Shown here: positions 18,147 through 29,430 of the stretch, piece by piece | Layout: each line of letters opens with the position of its first letter | Position numbering within the stretch: the stretch's first letter is position 1 | Source of the DNA: Myxococcota bacterium | GTDB lineage: Bacteria; Myxococcota; Myxococcia; Myxococcales; Myxococcaceae | Direction: 5' to 3' | DNA: 42,385 nt | Assembly (NCBI GenBank): GCA_049322255.1 | Contig: JBMORE010000003.1 | Location: forward strand, 1 to 42,385 | Notes under the pieces: model-generated | What the model was told of the DNA's origin: nothing | Database searches by the model: none | What the model saw: the letters and a program-made list of their open reading frames with translations, nothing else | Position numbers and translations under genes: made by a program

Positions 18147-19309
18147 CAGCCCCGAACCGCCCCCACGGCCTTCTCTGCCGCCTGGCGGAGGTTGTCGGCG
18201 GAGATGATCGGCAACCCCGAGCCCTTGAGAATCTCCTTCCCCTTCTCCACGTTGGTGCCCTCCAGGCGCACTACCAGGGGAACGTGGAGTCGCACTTCCT
18301 TGGCCGCGGCCACCACCCCCTCGGCAATCACGTCACACTTCATGATGCCGCCGAAGATATTCACCAGCACCGCCTTCACTTGCGGGTCGGCGAGGATCAG
18401 CTTGAACGCCGCGGTCACCTTCTCCTTGGTGGCTCCGCCGCCCACGTCGAGGAAGTTGGCCGGAGTTCCCCCCACCAGCTTGATGGTGTCCATCGTCGCC
18501 ATCGCCAACCCGGCGCCGTTCACCATGCAGCCGATGTCCCCGTCGAGGGAGATGTAGGCCAAGTCGTGCTCCTTGGCTTTGGCCTCGCGCGGGTCCTCCT
18601 CGTCGACGTCGCGCAGCTCGGCGATGTCCGGGTGCCGGAAGAGCGCGTTCTCGTCGAAGTTCATCTTCGCATCGAGGGCCACCACCGAGCCGTCCTTGAG
18701 CACCACCAGCGGGTTGATCTCCGCCAGGGAAGCGTCAGTGTCCATGTACGCCTGGTAGAGCGCGCGGCAGAAGACGACGAACTTGTTCACCGTGGCGCCG
18801 GACAGGCCCAGCCCGAAGGCGAGGTTTCGGCCCTGGAAGTCGAGGAAGCCCACCGCCGGGTCGACCGCTTCCCGCAGGATTTTCTCCGGATGCTTGGCGG
18901 CGACCTCTTCGATCTCCACGCCGCCCTCGCTCGAAGCCATGAAGGTGATGCGCGAGGTGGCGCGGTCCAGCGTGACGCCGAGGTAGAGCTCGCGGGCGAT
19001 GGCCAGCCCCTCTTCGATGTAGAGCTTGCGCACCTTCTGCCCTTCCGGGCCGGTCTGGTGCGTCTTGAGCATCATGCCCAGCATCTTCCCGGCGAGCTCC
19101 TTGGCCTCTTCGGGACTCTTGGCGAGCTTGACGCCCCCGCCCTTGCCGCGGCCGCCGGCGTGGATTTGCGCTTTGACCACCACGACTGGCGTTCCCAAGT
19201 CCTTGGCCGCGCGCTCCGCCTCGGCGGGAGAGTGCACCAGAATGCCTCGCGGAACCGGCACTCCGTACTTCTTGAAGATTTCCTTGCCCTGGTATTCGTG
19301 AATCTTCAT
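18146..19309 (-). CDS. sucC: Succinyl-CoA synthetase beta subunit
   Basis: [51 protein letters not shown]. Start placed at ATG 19309. Confidence 0.97.
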   Translation of the reverse strand: MKIHEYQGKEIFKKYGVPVPRGILVHSPAEAERAAKDLGTPVVVVKAQIHAGGRGKGGGVKLAKSPEEAKELAGKMLGMMLKTHQTGPEGQKVRKLYIEEGLAIARELYLGVTLDRATSRITFMASSEGGVEIEEVAAKHPEKILREAVDPAVGFLDFQGRNLAFGLGLSGATVNKFVVFCRALYQAYMDTDASLAEINPLVVLKDGSVVALDAKMNFDENALFRHPDIAELRDVDEEDPREAKAKEHDLAYISLDGDIGCMVNGAGLAMATMDTIKLVGGTPANFLDVGGGATKEKVTAAFKLILADPQVKAVLVNIFGGIMKCDVIAEGVVAAAKEVRLHVPLVVRLEGTNVEKGKEILKGSGLPIISADNLRQAAEKAVGAVRG

Positions 19310-19390
19310 CGCCGGAGATCCTTCACCCGTTGTTGGCGGTGCGAACTCATACCGGAAGCGCCGGAAGTTGTCGCGCGCTTCGGCGTCGTT

Positions 19391-19410
19391 CCTCCCGAAA
19401 GGACGGGAGG
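19391..19410 (-). terminator. GC-rich hairpin right after the coiled-coil gene stop; possible terminator or processing site
   Basis: CCTCCCG-6 nt-CGGGAGG; no U-tract on the coding strand. Confidence 0.35.
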
Positions 19411-19719
19411 CTAAGCGTCCGGGAGCCGCTGTTTGAGCGCGGCGATGTCCTGCTCGCACTTCTCAACGCGCGGGCGAAGCTCTGAGTAGCTGCGAATGTG
19501 GTCCCGCACCTCGCGGAGGGCGGTGGACACGTCAACCAATGCCGTAGCCACGTGCATTTCGGATTCGACCATGCGCCGGCCCACGTCCTCAAAGCGCTTG
19601 TCCATCGATTCAAAGCGCTTGTCCATCGACTCGAAGCGCGCATTCGTATCCTGACGCAGCTGACGCACCTCGTCGCGGATGCCCTTCAAAATCTCGACTG
19701 TCAGGTCCGTCGCCGTCAT
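19411..19719 (-). CDS. Small coiled-coil protein with RFESMDK heptad repeats
   Basis: 102 aa from ATG 19719 ([21 protein letters not shown]...[19 protein letters not shown]...[16 protein letters not shown]). It is the C-terminal part of ORF-track 19411..20370. TATGAT lies 9 nt upstream. Confidence 0.8.
   Translation of the reverse strand: MTATDLTVEILKGIRDEVRQLRQDTNARFESMDKRFESMDKRFEDVGRRMVESEMHVATALVDVSTALREVRDHIRSYSELRPRVEKCEQDIAALKQRLPDA
19589..19639. repeat. 21-bp tandem repeat (about 2.4 units) in the coiled-coil gene
   Basis: tcaaagcgcttgtccatcgat / tcaaagcgcttgtccatcgac / tcgaagcgc. Confidence 0.85.
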
Positions 19720-19760
19720 ATGCGCGCCATCATAACGACCCTGAAAGCCCTCCGCCAAAC

Positions 19761-20561
19761 CTACCCCGGCCCGCCGCCGTGCTTGCTCTCGACGTCCGAG
19801 GAGAACAGGTCCTTCACCACCTGCTTGGTCACCTCGCGATTCATCGTGGCGATCGAGGTGGTGAGCGGAATCTCCTTGGGGCACACCTGCACGCAGTTTT
19901 GTGCCTTGCCGCAGTCCTGAATGCCGCCTTCCTGCATCAGCCCGCGCAGGCGCTCCTCGGCGTTCATCGCGCCGGTGGGGTGCATGTTGAACAGCCGCGC
20001 TTGGCTGATCGCCGCCGCCCCGATGAACTGGTTGTCCATGCTCACCTGGGGACACGCCTCGAGGCAGCAGGCGCAGGTCATGCAGGTGGACAAGACGTAC
20101 ATCACGCTCTGATCGGCTTGGGAGATGCGCGGGCCCGGCCCCAGGTTGTGGGTGCCGTCGAGCTTGATCCACGCCTTCACCTGTTTGAGCGCGTCGAACA
20201 TCCGGCTGCGGTCGACGGCAAGGTCGCGCACCAAGGGGAACTTGCGCATCGGCTCCAAGGTGATCGGCTCGGAGAGCTTGTCCACCAGCGCCGAGCACGC
20301 CATGCGCACCTGTCCGTTGATGTTCATCGTGCAGCTGCCGCAGACCTCCTCGAGGCAATTCGAGTCCCACACCACCGGGGTGGTCTTCTTCCCCTCTGCG
20401 GTCACCGGGTGGCGCTGAATCTCCATCAGGCAGGAGATGACGTTGGCGCCCTTGTGGTAGGGGATTTTGAACTCCTCGAAGCGCCCTTCGTGGTCGGGCG
20501 ACTCCTGCCGCCAGACTTTGAAGACGACGTGGGTCCTGCCGCTGCCGTGAGAGGTGACCAT
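19761..20561 (-). CDS. sdhB: Succinate dehydrogenase iron-sulfur subunit
   Basis: NCLEEVCGSC, CMTCACCLEACP, CGKAQNCVQVCP. Start placed at ATG 20561. Confidence 0.95.
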   Translation of the reverse strand: MVTSHGSGRTHVVFKVWRQESPDHEGRFEEFKIPYHKGANVISCLMEIQRHPVTAEGKKTTPVVWDSNCLEEVCGSCTMNINGQVRMACSALVDKLSEPITLEPMRKFPLVRDLAVDRSRMFDALKQVKAWIKLDGTHNLGPGPRISQADQSVMYVLSTCMTCACCLEACPQVSMDNQFIGAAAISQARLFNMHPTGAMNAEERLRGLMQEGGIQDCGKAQNCVQVCPKEIPLTTSIATMNREVTKQVVKDLFSSDVESKHGGGPG

Positions 20562-20577
20562 GGTGTCGTGGGGTTCC

Positions 20578-22443
20578 TTACGCGTACCAGCGCGGCTCGG
20601 GCTCGAGCACGGGCGTGGAAATGTCTTCGTAGCTGATCTGCGGCTCACCGTTCAGGTACTGAGCCTTGGTGGTCTTGGCCCACTTCTGATGGCGCTCCTT
20701 CCACAGCTTCATCCACTCCGGGTCTTCCCGCGGGTCCTTGGACTTCGGCTCGGGCAGCGAGAAGTCCGGCTTGTAGTGGGCGCCACGTGACTCGTCGCGT
20801 AAAAGCGCGCTCTTGGTGATGACGTGCGCAAGCTCCAGCATGTTCCACAGCTGGTTGGCGTAGGTGAGTGAGCGGTTGGCGTTGTTGGAGGTATCGAGCA
20901 CGTTGAGCCGACCCCAGCGCTCTTTGAGCTCGGCGAGGCGCTCGAGGGTTTTCTTCAGCTTGTCGTTGTAGCGCACCACCGTCACGTTCTCGGTCATCAG
21001 ATCCCCCAGCTCCCTGCCCAGCTGGTAGGGGTTCTCCGCGCCGTCCATCTTGCGAATCTTCTCGAAGCGCTCGACCCAATACTGCTGGGCCTGCTCGAAG
21101 GGCTTGGATCCCGCCGGCTTCTGCGCGGTGCTCTTGGCGTAGCTCACCATCGCCGGGCCGCCGATCATTCCCGCGTAGATGCAGGAGAGCAGCGAGTTGG
21201 CTCCCAGCCGGTTGGCGCCGTGGTACGCATGGTCGACCTCGCCGGCGGCGAACAGCCCGGGGATGTTCGTCGACTGATTCTTGGGGTGGTTGGGCTCGGG
21301 AGTCAGGTCGGAGCCCGGCTGGAACTGCACGTACAGCCCGCCCATCGAGTAGTGCATGCCGGGGAAGATCCTCATCGGCGTGACGCGCGGGTCGTCGCCG
21401 ACGAACTTCTCGTAGATCTCCATCACGCCCTTGATCTTCGCGTCCAGCGTCTTGGCCGGAATGTGGGTGACGTCGAGGTAGACCGCGTCCTTGCCCTCCA
21501 CTCCCTGGCCCAGATTGCGGCAGATGTGGAAAATCTCCCGGGTGGCCACGTCGCGCGGCACCAGGTTCTTGTACTTGGGGTACTTCTCCTCGAGGAAGTA
21601 CCAGCGCTCCGCCTCGGGAATGTTCCGCGGCTCGCGCGCATCACCTTTCTGTTTGGGCACCCACACCCGTCCGCCCTCGCCACGCACCGACTCGCTCATC
21701 AGGCGCAGCTTGTCCTCCCCGGGAATCGAAGTGGGGTGCACCTGAATGAACTCGCCGTTGGCGTAAATCGCCCCTTCCATGTAGGCGCGGCCGGCGGCGG
21801 TGCCGGTGTTGATCACCGAGTTGGTCGAACGCCCGAAGACGATGCCGGGACCGCCGGTGGCGAGCATCACCGCCGCCGCGGGGAAGGCGCGAATCTCGTT
21901 GTCCACCAGGTTCATCGCCACCGAGCCCACGCAGGCGCCGCCCTCGTCGCGCACCATCCCCAGCCACTCCCAGTACTCGTACTTGGTGACCAGGCCGTCG
22001 GCCTCGTAGCGGCGCACCTGCTCGTCGAGCGCGTACAGAAGCTGCTGCCCGGTGGTGGCGCCGGCGAAGGCGGTGCGGTGGTGCAGCGTGCCACCGAAGC
22101 GGCGGAAGTCGAGCAGCCCCTCCGGGGTACGGTTGAACGTCACCCCCATGCGGTCGAGCAGGTAGATGATGCCCGGCGCCGCGTAGCACATGCCCTTCAC
22201 CGACACCTGCTCGGCGAGGAAATCGCCCCCGCGCAGCGTGTCTTTGACGTGGATGTCGGGGTGGTCGCCCTCGCCCTTGGTGTTGACCGCGCCGTTGATG
22301 CCGCCTTGCGCGCACACCGAGTGCGAACGCTTCACCGGCACGATGGACAGGAGGTCGACCTTCTTGCCCGCCTCGGCCAGCTTGATCACCGTCATCAGGC
22401 CGGCGAGCCCGCCGCCGACCACCGTGTAGCGCTCTTCCGCCAT
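20578..22443 (-). CDS. sdhA: Succinate dehydrogenase flavoprotein subunit
   Basis: VVGGGLAG, RSHSVCAQGG (FAD-linked His), HYSMGG, HGANRLGANSLL, RDESRGAHY. Confidence 0.97.
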   Translation of the reverse strand: MAEERYTVVGGGLAGLMTVIKLAEAGKKVDLLSIVPVKRSHSVCAQGGINGAVNTKGEGDHPDIHVKDTLRGGDFLAEQVSVKGMCYAAPGIIYLLDRMGVTFNRTPEGLLDFRRFGGTLHHRTAFAGATTGQQLLYALDEQVRRYEADGLVTKYEYWEWLGMVRDEGGACVGSVAMNLVDNEIRAFPAAAVMLATGGPGIVFGRSTNSVINTGTAAGRAYMEGAIYANGEFIQVHPTSIPGEDKLRLMSESVRGEGGRVWVPKQKGDAREPRNIPEAERWYFLEEKYPKYKNLVPRDVATREIFHICRNLGQGVEGKDAVYLDVTHIPAKTLDAKIKGVMEIYEKFVGDDPRVTPMRIFPGMHYSMGGLYVQFQPGSDLTPEPNHPKNQSTNIPGLFAAGEVDHAYHGANRLGANSLLSCIYAGMIGGPAMVSYAKSTAQKPAGSKPFEQAQQYWVERFEKIRKMDGAENPYQLGRELGDLMTENVTVVRYNDKLKKTLERLAELKERWGRLNVLDTSNNANRSLTYANQLWNMLELAHVITKSALLRDESRGAHYKPDFSLPEPKSKDPREDPEWMKLWKERHQKWAKTTKAQYLNGEPQISYEDISTPVLEPEPRWYA

Positions 22444-22467
22444 GTTCGATTGCTCCGCGCGGCCCTC

Positions 22468-23190
22468 TTAGGCCGAAAGCCGCATCGTGAAGAGGATGTT
22501 CAACGTCGCCACCGAGAGCGCGGCGAACAGGGCCCAGGTAGCCAGCCGCACCCGCGCTTGCGCCTTGCGCCCCACCGCCAACCCCCACGTCCAAGCAAAA
22601 CCGTTCAGCCCGTTGGTGAAGTGGTAGATGGTGAGGAGCGTGCCCAAAAGATACAGGGCGAAAATGTGGTTGCCCGCCAGCATCGTGTCCACGAACAGGT
22701 AGCGCGGGTTACCCAGGTGCGCGGCCACGTCGTTGTAGGTCACCAGCTCTCCCCCGCCCGAGGCGAGGTGGTTACCCCCTAAAGTGACGAAGAAGCGCAA
22801 CACTCCCACGTGGACCAAGATGTAGATGAACGCCACATAGCCGGAGAAACGCTGTGCCCAGTACGCCCAGTTCGAGCCGTAGGCGTAGCGGCCCACGTTC
22901 GGCTGCCCGGTGGAGGCGATGTAGATGCCGTAGAGCGAGTGGAACAACAGCGGGAGCAACACCCCCCCCAGCTCCAGGCCCATGAAGTAAGGCTTGGGGA
23001 GCATGGAGTTGACCTGGGTCACCATCGCGTCGTACGCCGCCGGCCCTTTGAGCGCGGCCAGGTTCTCGTAGAGATGAAAGACGAGGAACCCTCCCACCGG
23101 CAGCACGCCTGTGAGGGAGTGAAGGCGGCGCCACAGGAACGAACGATCCACCTTGCTGCTCGATGTATCCACGGTTGCGGCGTCGGCCAT
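22468..23190 (-). CDS. sdhC: Succinate dehydrogenase cytochrome b558 subunit (single anchor, Bacillus-like type B)
   Basis: RRLHSLTG, five TM segments, four candidate haem-ligand His (LHS, FHS, VHV, YHF); upstream of sdhA. Confidence 0.9.
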   Translation of the reverse strand: MADAATVDTSSSKVDRSFLWRRLHSLTGVLPVGGFLVFHLYENLAALKGPAAYDAMVTQVNSMLPKPYFMGLELGGVLLPLLFHSLYGIYIASTGQPNVGRYAYGSNWAYWAQRFSGYVAFIYILVHVGVLRFFVTLGGNHLASGGGELVTYNDVAAHLGNPRYLFVDTMLAGNHIFALYLLGTLLTIYHFTNGLNGFAWTWGLAVGRKAQARVRLATWALFAALSVATLNILFTMRLSA

Positions 23191-23196
23191 GCGCGT

Positions 23197-23224
23197 TGCT
23201 TAGCGTGCGCAACGGTCACGTCAA
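23197..23224 (-). promoter_or_regulatory. Putative promoter for sdhCAB, 6 nt from the start codon
   Basis: TTGACG-16 nt-TAAGCA-6 nt-ATG; no SD; AT-rich upstream tract. Confidence 0.4.
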
Positions 23225-23272
23225 AGAATTGTTTTCCAAGCGATAAGTCGTGCGCGAACGCGCCAGTTAGCG

Positions 23273-25833
<2,561 letters not shown>

Positions 25834-25867
25834 TTCGTTGCTCCTGAACGCTGGAAAGAGGCGGCGG

Positions 25868-25896
25868 ATACTAGGGAACGGCCCACTCGCCCGCAA
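25868..25896 (-). promoter_or_regulatory. Putative icd promoter
   Basis: TTGCGG-17 nt-TAGTAT then CCGCCGCCTCTTTC. Confidence 0.5.
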
Positions 25897-25917
25897 GGAG
25901 TTTGCCCGTGCCCACCC

Positions 25918-26295
25918 TCACCAGATCACTTCGACGCCGTAGGTCGAAAAGCGCTCATCGGCGGTAATGATCGGCAGGCGCGACAGCTTGGCGGTCGCAA
26001 GGATGAAGCGATCGGCGGGATCTCGGTGTATGGGTGGAAGCCCGGCGGCGGCGACACAGACCGCCAAGCTCAAGTCCAAAGTGTCGATGTCATGATGCGA
26101 GAGGACGCCGGCCAGCCACTCCGCGGGCGCCACCGGTAGCTCGAGCTTTCGCTGCGCGTGCTTGACGCCCACTTCGAAGCCCGTGATCGCCGAAATGTAA
26201 AGCGTCGGAACGTCTGCGATCGCCTCTTTGGCCGCGGGTGTCAGGTGGCGTCCCCCTTCCGCCAGCCAAATCAAGGCGCAGGTGTCGAGAATCAT
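25918..26295 (-). CDS. vapC: PIN-domain (VapC-type) toxin, second copy
   Basis: MILDTCALIW, SAITGFEV, HRDPADRFILATA, ITADERF. Start at ATG 26295, overlapping the antitoxin stop (ATGA). Confidence 0.92.
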   Translation of the reverse strand: MILDTCALIWLAEGGRHLTPAAKEAIADVPTLYISAITGFEVGVKHAQRKLELPVAPAEWLAGVLSHHDIDTLDLSLAVCVAAAGLPPIHRDPADRFILATAKLSRLPIITADERFSTYGVEVIW

Positions 26296-26528
26296 CCCTC
26301 GCTCTCCGGCCACTCTTCAGCGCTCAGCTCCTCGGTCGGATCGAAACGAACGGAGATTTTGCTCCACACCGGGTGCGCCTTGAGCCGGTCCCGCTTCCGA
26401 TGGGGGACGAGGTCGGCTATGGGCTCGCCGTTGCGGCAAATGCGATAGACGGCGCCCGACTTCTCGATGTCCGCCAAAACCTCGGAGAGGTGCGTCTTCG
26501 CCTGATGTACGTTGAGCAACTTAGTCAT
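26292..26528 (-). CDS. Phd/YefM-family antitoxin, second copy
   Basis: MTKLLNVHQAKTHLSEVL...ICRNGEPIADLVP. Confidence 0.9.
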   Translation of the reverse strand: MTKLLNVHQAKTHLSEVLADIEKSGAVYRICRNGEPIADLVPHRKRDRLKAHPVWSKISVRFDPTEELSAEEWPESEG

Positions 26529-26563
26529 GAGACTAAGCTAACAAGACCAGACAAATGAATCAA
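26520..26563 (-). promoter_or_regulatory. Promoter/operator of TA module 2
   Basis: TTGATT-17 nt-TAGCTT (with extended TG)-6 nt-ATG. Inverted repeat CTTAGTC-N4-GACTAAG (26520-37) covers the start codon. Confidence 0.65.
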
Positions 26564-26621
26564 GGCGACTCCGAATGAGGGCGTTTGGCGCGCTCCGCCC
26601 TGCTGCGATAGGACGCCGACC

Positions 26622-27056
26622 ATGTTCTTCATCATCATCTACACGCTCCCGGCGGTCGCTGTGACGCTGCTCTCCGGCATGTTGCTGGCGGGCATGTGGC
26701 TCCTCTTTCCCCGCGCATTCTTGGAGCAGGGGTTACCAGTCTCTGTCGGCCTGAGCTTGCTGCTGGCGTCGGCCCCCATCGAACTGGCCGGCTGGCGCTC
26801 GCGGGTCTTCTTCACTCCGACCTATCTGAAGCCCCATCAGCGCGACGCGCTTGGGGCACTCGACGCCGAGCTCCAGCGCTACGACGCAACGCTCGTTCCC
26901 GTAACAGTCGACCCTGGCACATTCGAACGGGCCCTCCTCGCGCTCGATGAGATTGCCGTCAGAGCCGCCGACGGCACTCTAAATCCGAACGTGCCCGCGT
27001 GGCAGGCGCTGCTTGTGGAGCGCGCACCGCTTGTTGGCGGGGCGAACACGGTATAG
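26622..27056 (+). CDS. Hypothetical membrane protein
   Basis: 144 aa with two N-terminal hydrophobic segments; fills the gap between TA2 and the sigma54 activator. Confidence 0.6.
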   Translation: MFFIIIYTLPAVAVTLLSGMLLAGMWLLFPRAFLEQGLPVSVGLSLLLASAPIELAGWRSRVFFTPTYLKPHQRDALGALDAELQRYDATLVPVTVDPGTFERALLALDEIAVRAADGTLNPNVPAWQALLVERAPLVGGANTV

Positions 27057-27068
27057 TCACCGCTCTAC

Positions 27069-28400
27069 ATGCAGGCCACCGTTCCGATCGTTCCTTCCGG
27101 CGAGCTGCTTCGACTCGATCGCGACTCCGGCACCCTGCGTGCCCGGGAGTACGAGCTGACCGTCGTCTCGGGGCCCGATGCCGGAAAGTCGATGACCTTG
27201 AGCGGCGTTTGCCTGGTGGGCAGCCACCCCGACGCTGGTCTTGCGCTCACCGACCCGACGGTGTCGCGCTACCACATCGAGCTGCACGCGCGCGGCGACG
27301 GGGTGCGCGTAAGAGACCTCGACTCCACCAACGGCACATTCATCGGAAACGCCAGGGTGCACGAGGTGGTGGTCGAAGAAGACACGGTGGTCACCGTGGG
27401 CAAGACGGGGTTGCGCATCTCAGTGGCCGAGAAGGATCTGGGCCTGCCCGCCGAGCAATCGTCCTTCGGTTCGGTGATGGGCGCCGCGCCGTCGATGAAG
27501 CAGCTCTTCGGAATTCTCGAAAAGGTGTCGCCCACCGATTCGACCATCGTGCTTTTGGGTGAAACGGGAACCGGCAAAGAAGTTCTCGCCGAGTCGATTC
27601 ACCAGAAATCCAAACGAGCCGACAAGCCGTTCGTGGTGGTCGACTGCGGCTCGGTGGCTCCCACTCTGATCGAGAGCGAGCTGTTCGGGCACGTGAAGGG
27701 CGCCTTCACCGGGGCGGTGAGCGAGCGCTACGGCGCGTTCCTGGAGGCCGATGGAGGCACCGTCTTCCTCGACGAGATCGGCGAGCTGCCGCTCGAGCTC
27801 CAACCCAAGCTGCTTCGCGTGCTCGAGGGAGGCACGGTCAAACGGGTGGGCGAAGACAAGCCGCGCCGGGTGAACGTACGGGTGATCGCCGCCACCCACC
27901 GCGACCTGGAAAAGATGGTCGAGGAGGGCAAGTTCCGCCGCGATCTTTATTTCCGCCTCGCGGTGGTGCTGGTGAACGTACCTCCCTTGCGTGACCGGCT
28001 CGACGACATGCCGCTCTTGGCCAAGCACTTCGTGCGGCAGCTGGGGCGAGAAGACTTCGAGCTACCGCGCGGGCTTCTGGCTCGCTTCGCCGCCTACCAC
28101 TGGCCGGGGAACGTGCGTGAGCTGCGCAACGTGGTCGAGCGCGCGCTGGCGGGCGCCGAGGTCGACCCGCTTCCTCAAGAATCCTCGAGCGGCGTCGCGC
28201 TGAGCAACGAGCACATCGCCGATCTCCCGTTCAAGGAAGCGAAGGAGCGCCTGGTCGAAAGCTTCACCAAGGAGTACCTGGTGGCGCTCTTGCACAAGCA
28301 CAACGGCAACATCTCACAGATCGCGCGCTCGGCGGGCATCGCGCGCAACTACGTGCACCGGCTGGTGACGAAGTACGGGCTCAAGGCCAACGACGGCTGA
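27069..28400 (+). CDS. FHA-domain sigma54-dependent enhancer-binding protein (FHA-AAA+-HTH)
   Basis: FHA ([14 protein letters not shown]), Walker [39 protein letters not shown]-terminal HTH ([12 protein letters not shown]). Confidence 0.95.
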   Translation: MQATVPIVPSGELLRLDRDSGTLRAREYELTVVSGPDAGKSMTLSGVCLVGSHPDAGLALTDPTVSRYHIELHARGDGVRVRDLDSTNGTFIGNARVHEVVVEEDTVVTVGKTGLRISVAEKDLGLPAEQSSFGSVMGAAPSMKQLFGILEKVSPTDSTIVLLGETGTGKEVLAESIHQKSKRADKPFVVVDCGSVAPTLIESELFGHVKGAFTGAVSERYGAFLEADGGTVFLDEIGELPLELQPKLLRVLEGGTVKRVGEDKPRRVNVRVIAATHRDLEKMVEEGKFRRDLYFRLAVVLVNVPPLRDRLDDMPLLAKHFVRQLGREDFELPRGLLARFAAYHWPGNVRELRNVVERALAGAEVDPLPQESSSGVALSNEHIADLPFKEAKERLVESFTKEYLVALLHKHNGNISQIARSAGIARNYVHRLVTKYGLKANDG

Positions 28401-28443
28401 GGGAACACCGCATCGGCGCGCAGTGATGGTTTGAACCGAAGAT

Positions 28444-28596
28444 AACAGCCGGGATCGGGAGCGGGAGCGTTCGCGGGCAGCGGAGACGCGTACGGATCAC
28501 GGTTGGCGGTCACGTGCCCGGGTGCGTGGGACGTGCCCCGATTCACCGCCACCGTTCCCGCAAACGCTCCCGCTCCCGATCCCGCTCCCGGCTGTT
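28444..28596. repeat. ~150-bp imperfect inverted-repeat element with hexamer (GGGAGC/GGGATC) arms between convergent genes
   Basis: Left arm AACAGCCGGGATCGGGAGCGGGAGCGTTCGCGGG. The right arm's reverse complement is the same apart from one extra hexamer and one mismatch. A second, inner stem (ACGGTTGGCGGT / ACCGCCACCGT) is present. Confidence 0.8.
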
Positions 28597-28603
28597 GACG
28601 GAT

Positions 28604-29374
28604 TCAGCTGCCACCGTCCGCTGCGCCGCCGTCGATTGCCCCTGCGTCCGCTTCCCCGGCGTCGAAGCCCGCATCGGACTCACCCGCGTCGACCCCTGCG
28701 TCCACGGCACCGGCATCCACACCTGCGTCCATTCCGGCGTCGAACCCCGCGTCGGGCATTCCGGCATCGGGTCTACCCGCATCTGGCGTCCCGGCGTCGG
28801 GTCGACCCGCATCAGGAACACCGGCATCAGGCCGCCCCGCGTCCGGAACACCTGCGTCCGGCCGCGCCTGGCCGGCATCTGGCTGGCCACCGTCGGGCTC
28901 GGGAGGAATACCTCCGTCCGGGAGCAAATCGATGCGCCGGATGGCGAACGGCGACAAATGGAGCACCCCGCCTTTCACCGTGCTCGCGACGCGATCGAGG
29001 CTCGGCTCGAGCAGCGGCACCCACTCGCCCTCCTGCTCGGTGTAGACGCGCAAGAGCGCCGGGTTCAGGTTGCCCGCATCGGGCACCAGGTCGTACCGAA
29101 TCGCCACCCGCGCGGGGCTGAGAAAAGTCGTCCCCGTCGGGCCGATGTCCCAGGTATCGCCGATGGCGCCGGGAGCCGGCGTGGACGAAAGCTGTATACG
29201 AAACCCCACTTCGTTCTCCAACGCGCCCGAGGGTACGTCGAGGCAGATTCGGCGGTCTTCGACGCACACCGTTCCCCCGCGCGGTCCCACCGAACCCGTC
29301 GCTTCTCCGGGAGCATTGCCGCACCCGGCGAGGGAAAGCGTCCATAGAGCGGCGACGAAAGCGGCAACGCGCAA
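28604..29374 (-). CDS. Lipoprotein with ZU5-like domain and long acidic D(A/G)G-repeat tail
   Basis: GGAGG-7 nt-TTG start gives MRVAAFVAALWTLSLAG-C lipobox (alternative ATG at 29410). ZU5-like pattern VGPRGGTV..LDVPSGAL..IGPTGTTFLSPARVAIRY..VLHLSPF, then 21 D(A/G)G motifs. Confidence 0.8.
   Translation of the reverse strand: MRVAAFVAALWTLSLAGCGNAPGEATGSVGPRGGTVCVEDRRICLDVPSGALENEVGFRIQLSSTPAPGAIGDTWDIGPTGTTFLSPARVAIRYDLVPDAGNLNPALLRVYTEQEGEWVPLLEPSLDRVASTVKGGVLHLSPFAIRRIDLLPDGGIPPEPDGGQPDAGQARPDAGVPDAGRPDAGVPDAGRPDAGTPDAGRPDAGMPDAGFDAGMDAGVDAGAVDAGVDAGESDAGFDAGEADAGAIDGGAADGGS
28607..28921. repeat. Degenerate 12-15-bp coding repeats (xPDAG / xDAG)
   Basis: Translate as PDGG..PDAGVPDAGRPDAG..FDAGMDAGVDAG..ADGGS. 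Confidence 0.85.
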
Positions 29375-29430
29375 GGCAAAACCTCCGTGTGAGCGGCGGA
29401 CCGACAGCATAGCCGAGCTTGGGAGGGCCT

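Noticed and set aside
19720..20370. N-terminal extension of the 319-aa ORF 19411..20370
   Set aside because: Overlaps sdhB in another frame; only the last 102 codons look like a real gene.
28441..28600. Hairpin bounded by AAC...GTT read as an attC site
   Set aside because: Flanks do not fit RYYYAAC/GTTRRRY, the R-L unpaired spacer is missing, and there is no cassette array or integrase.
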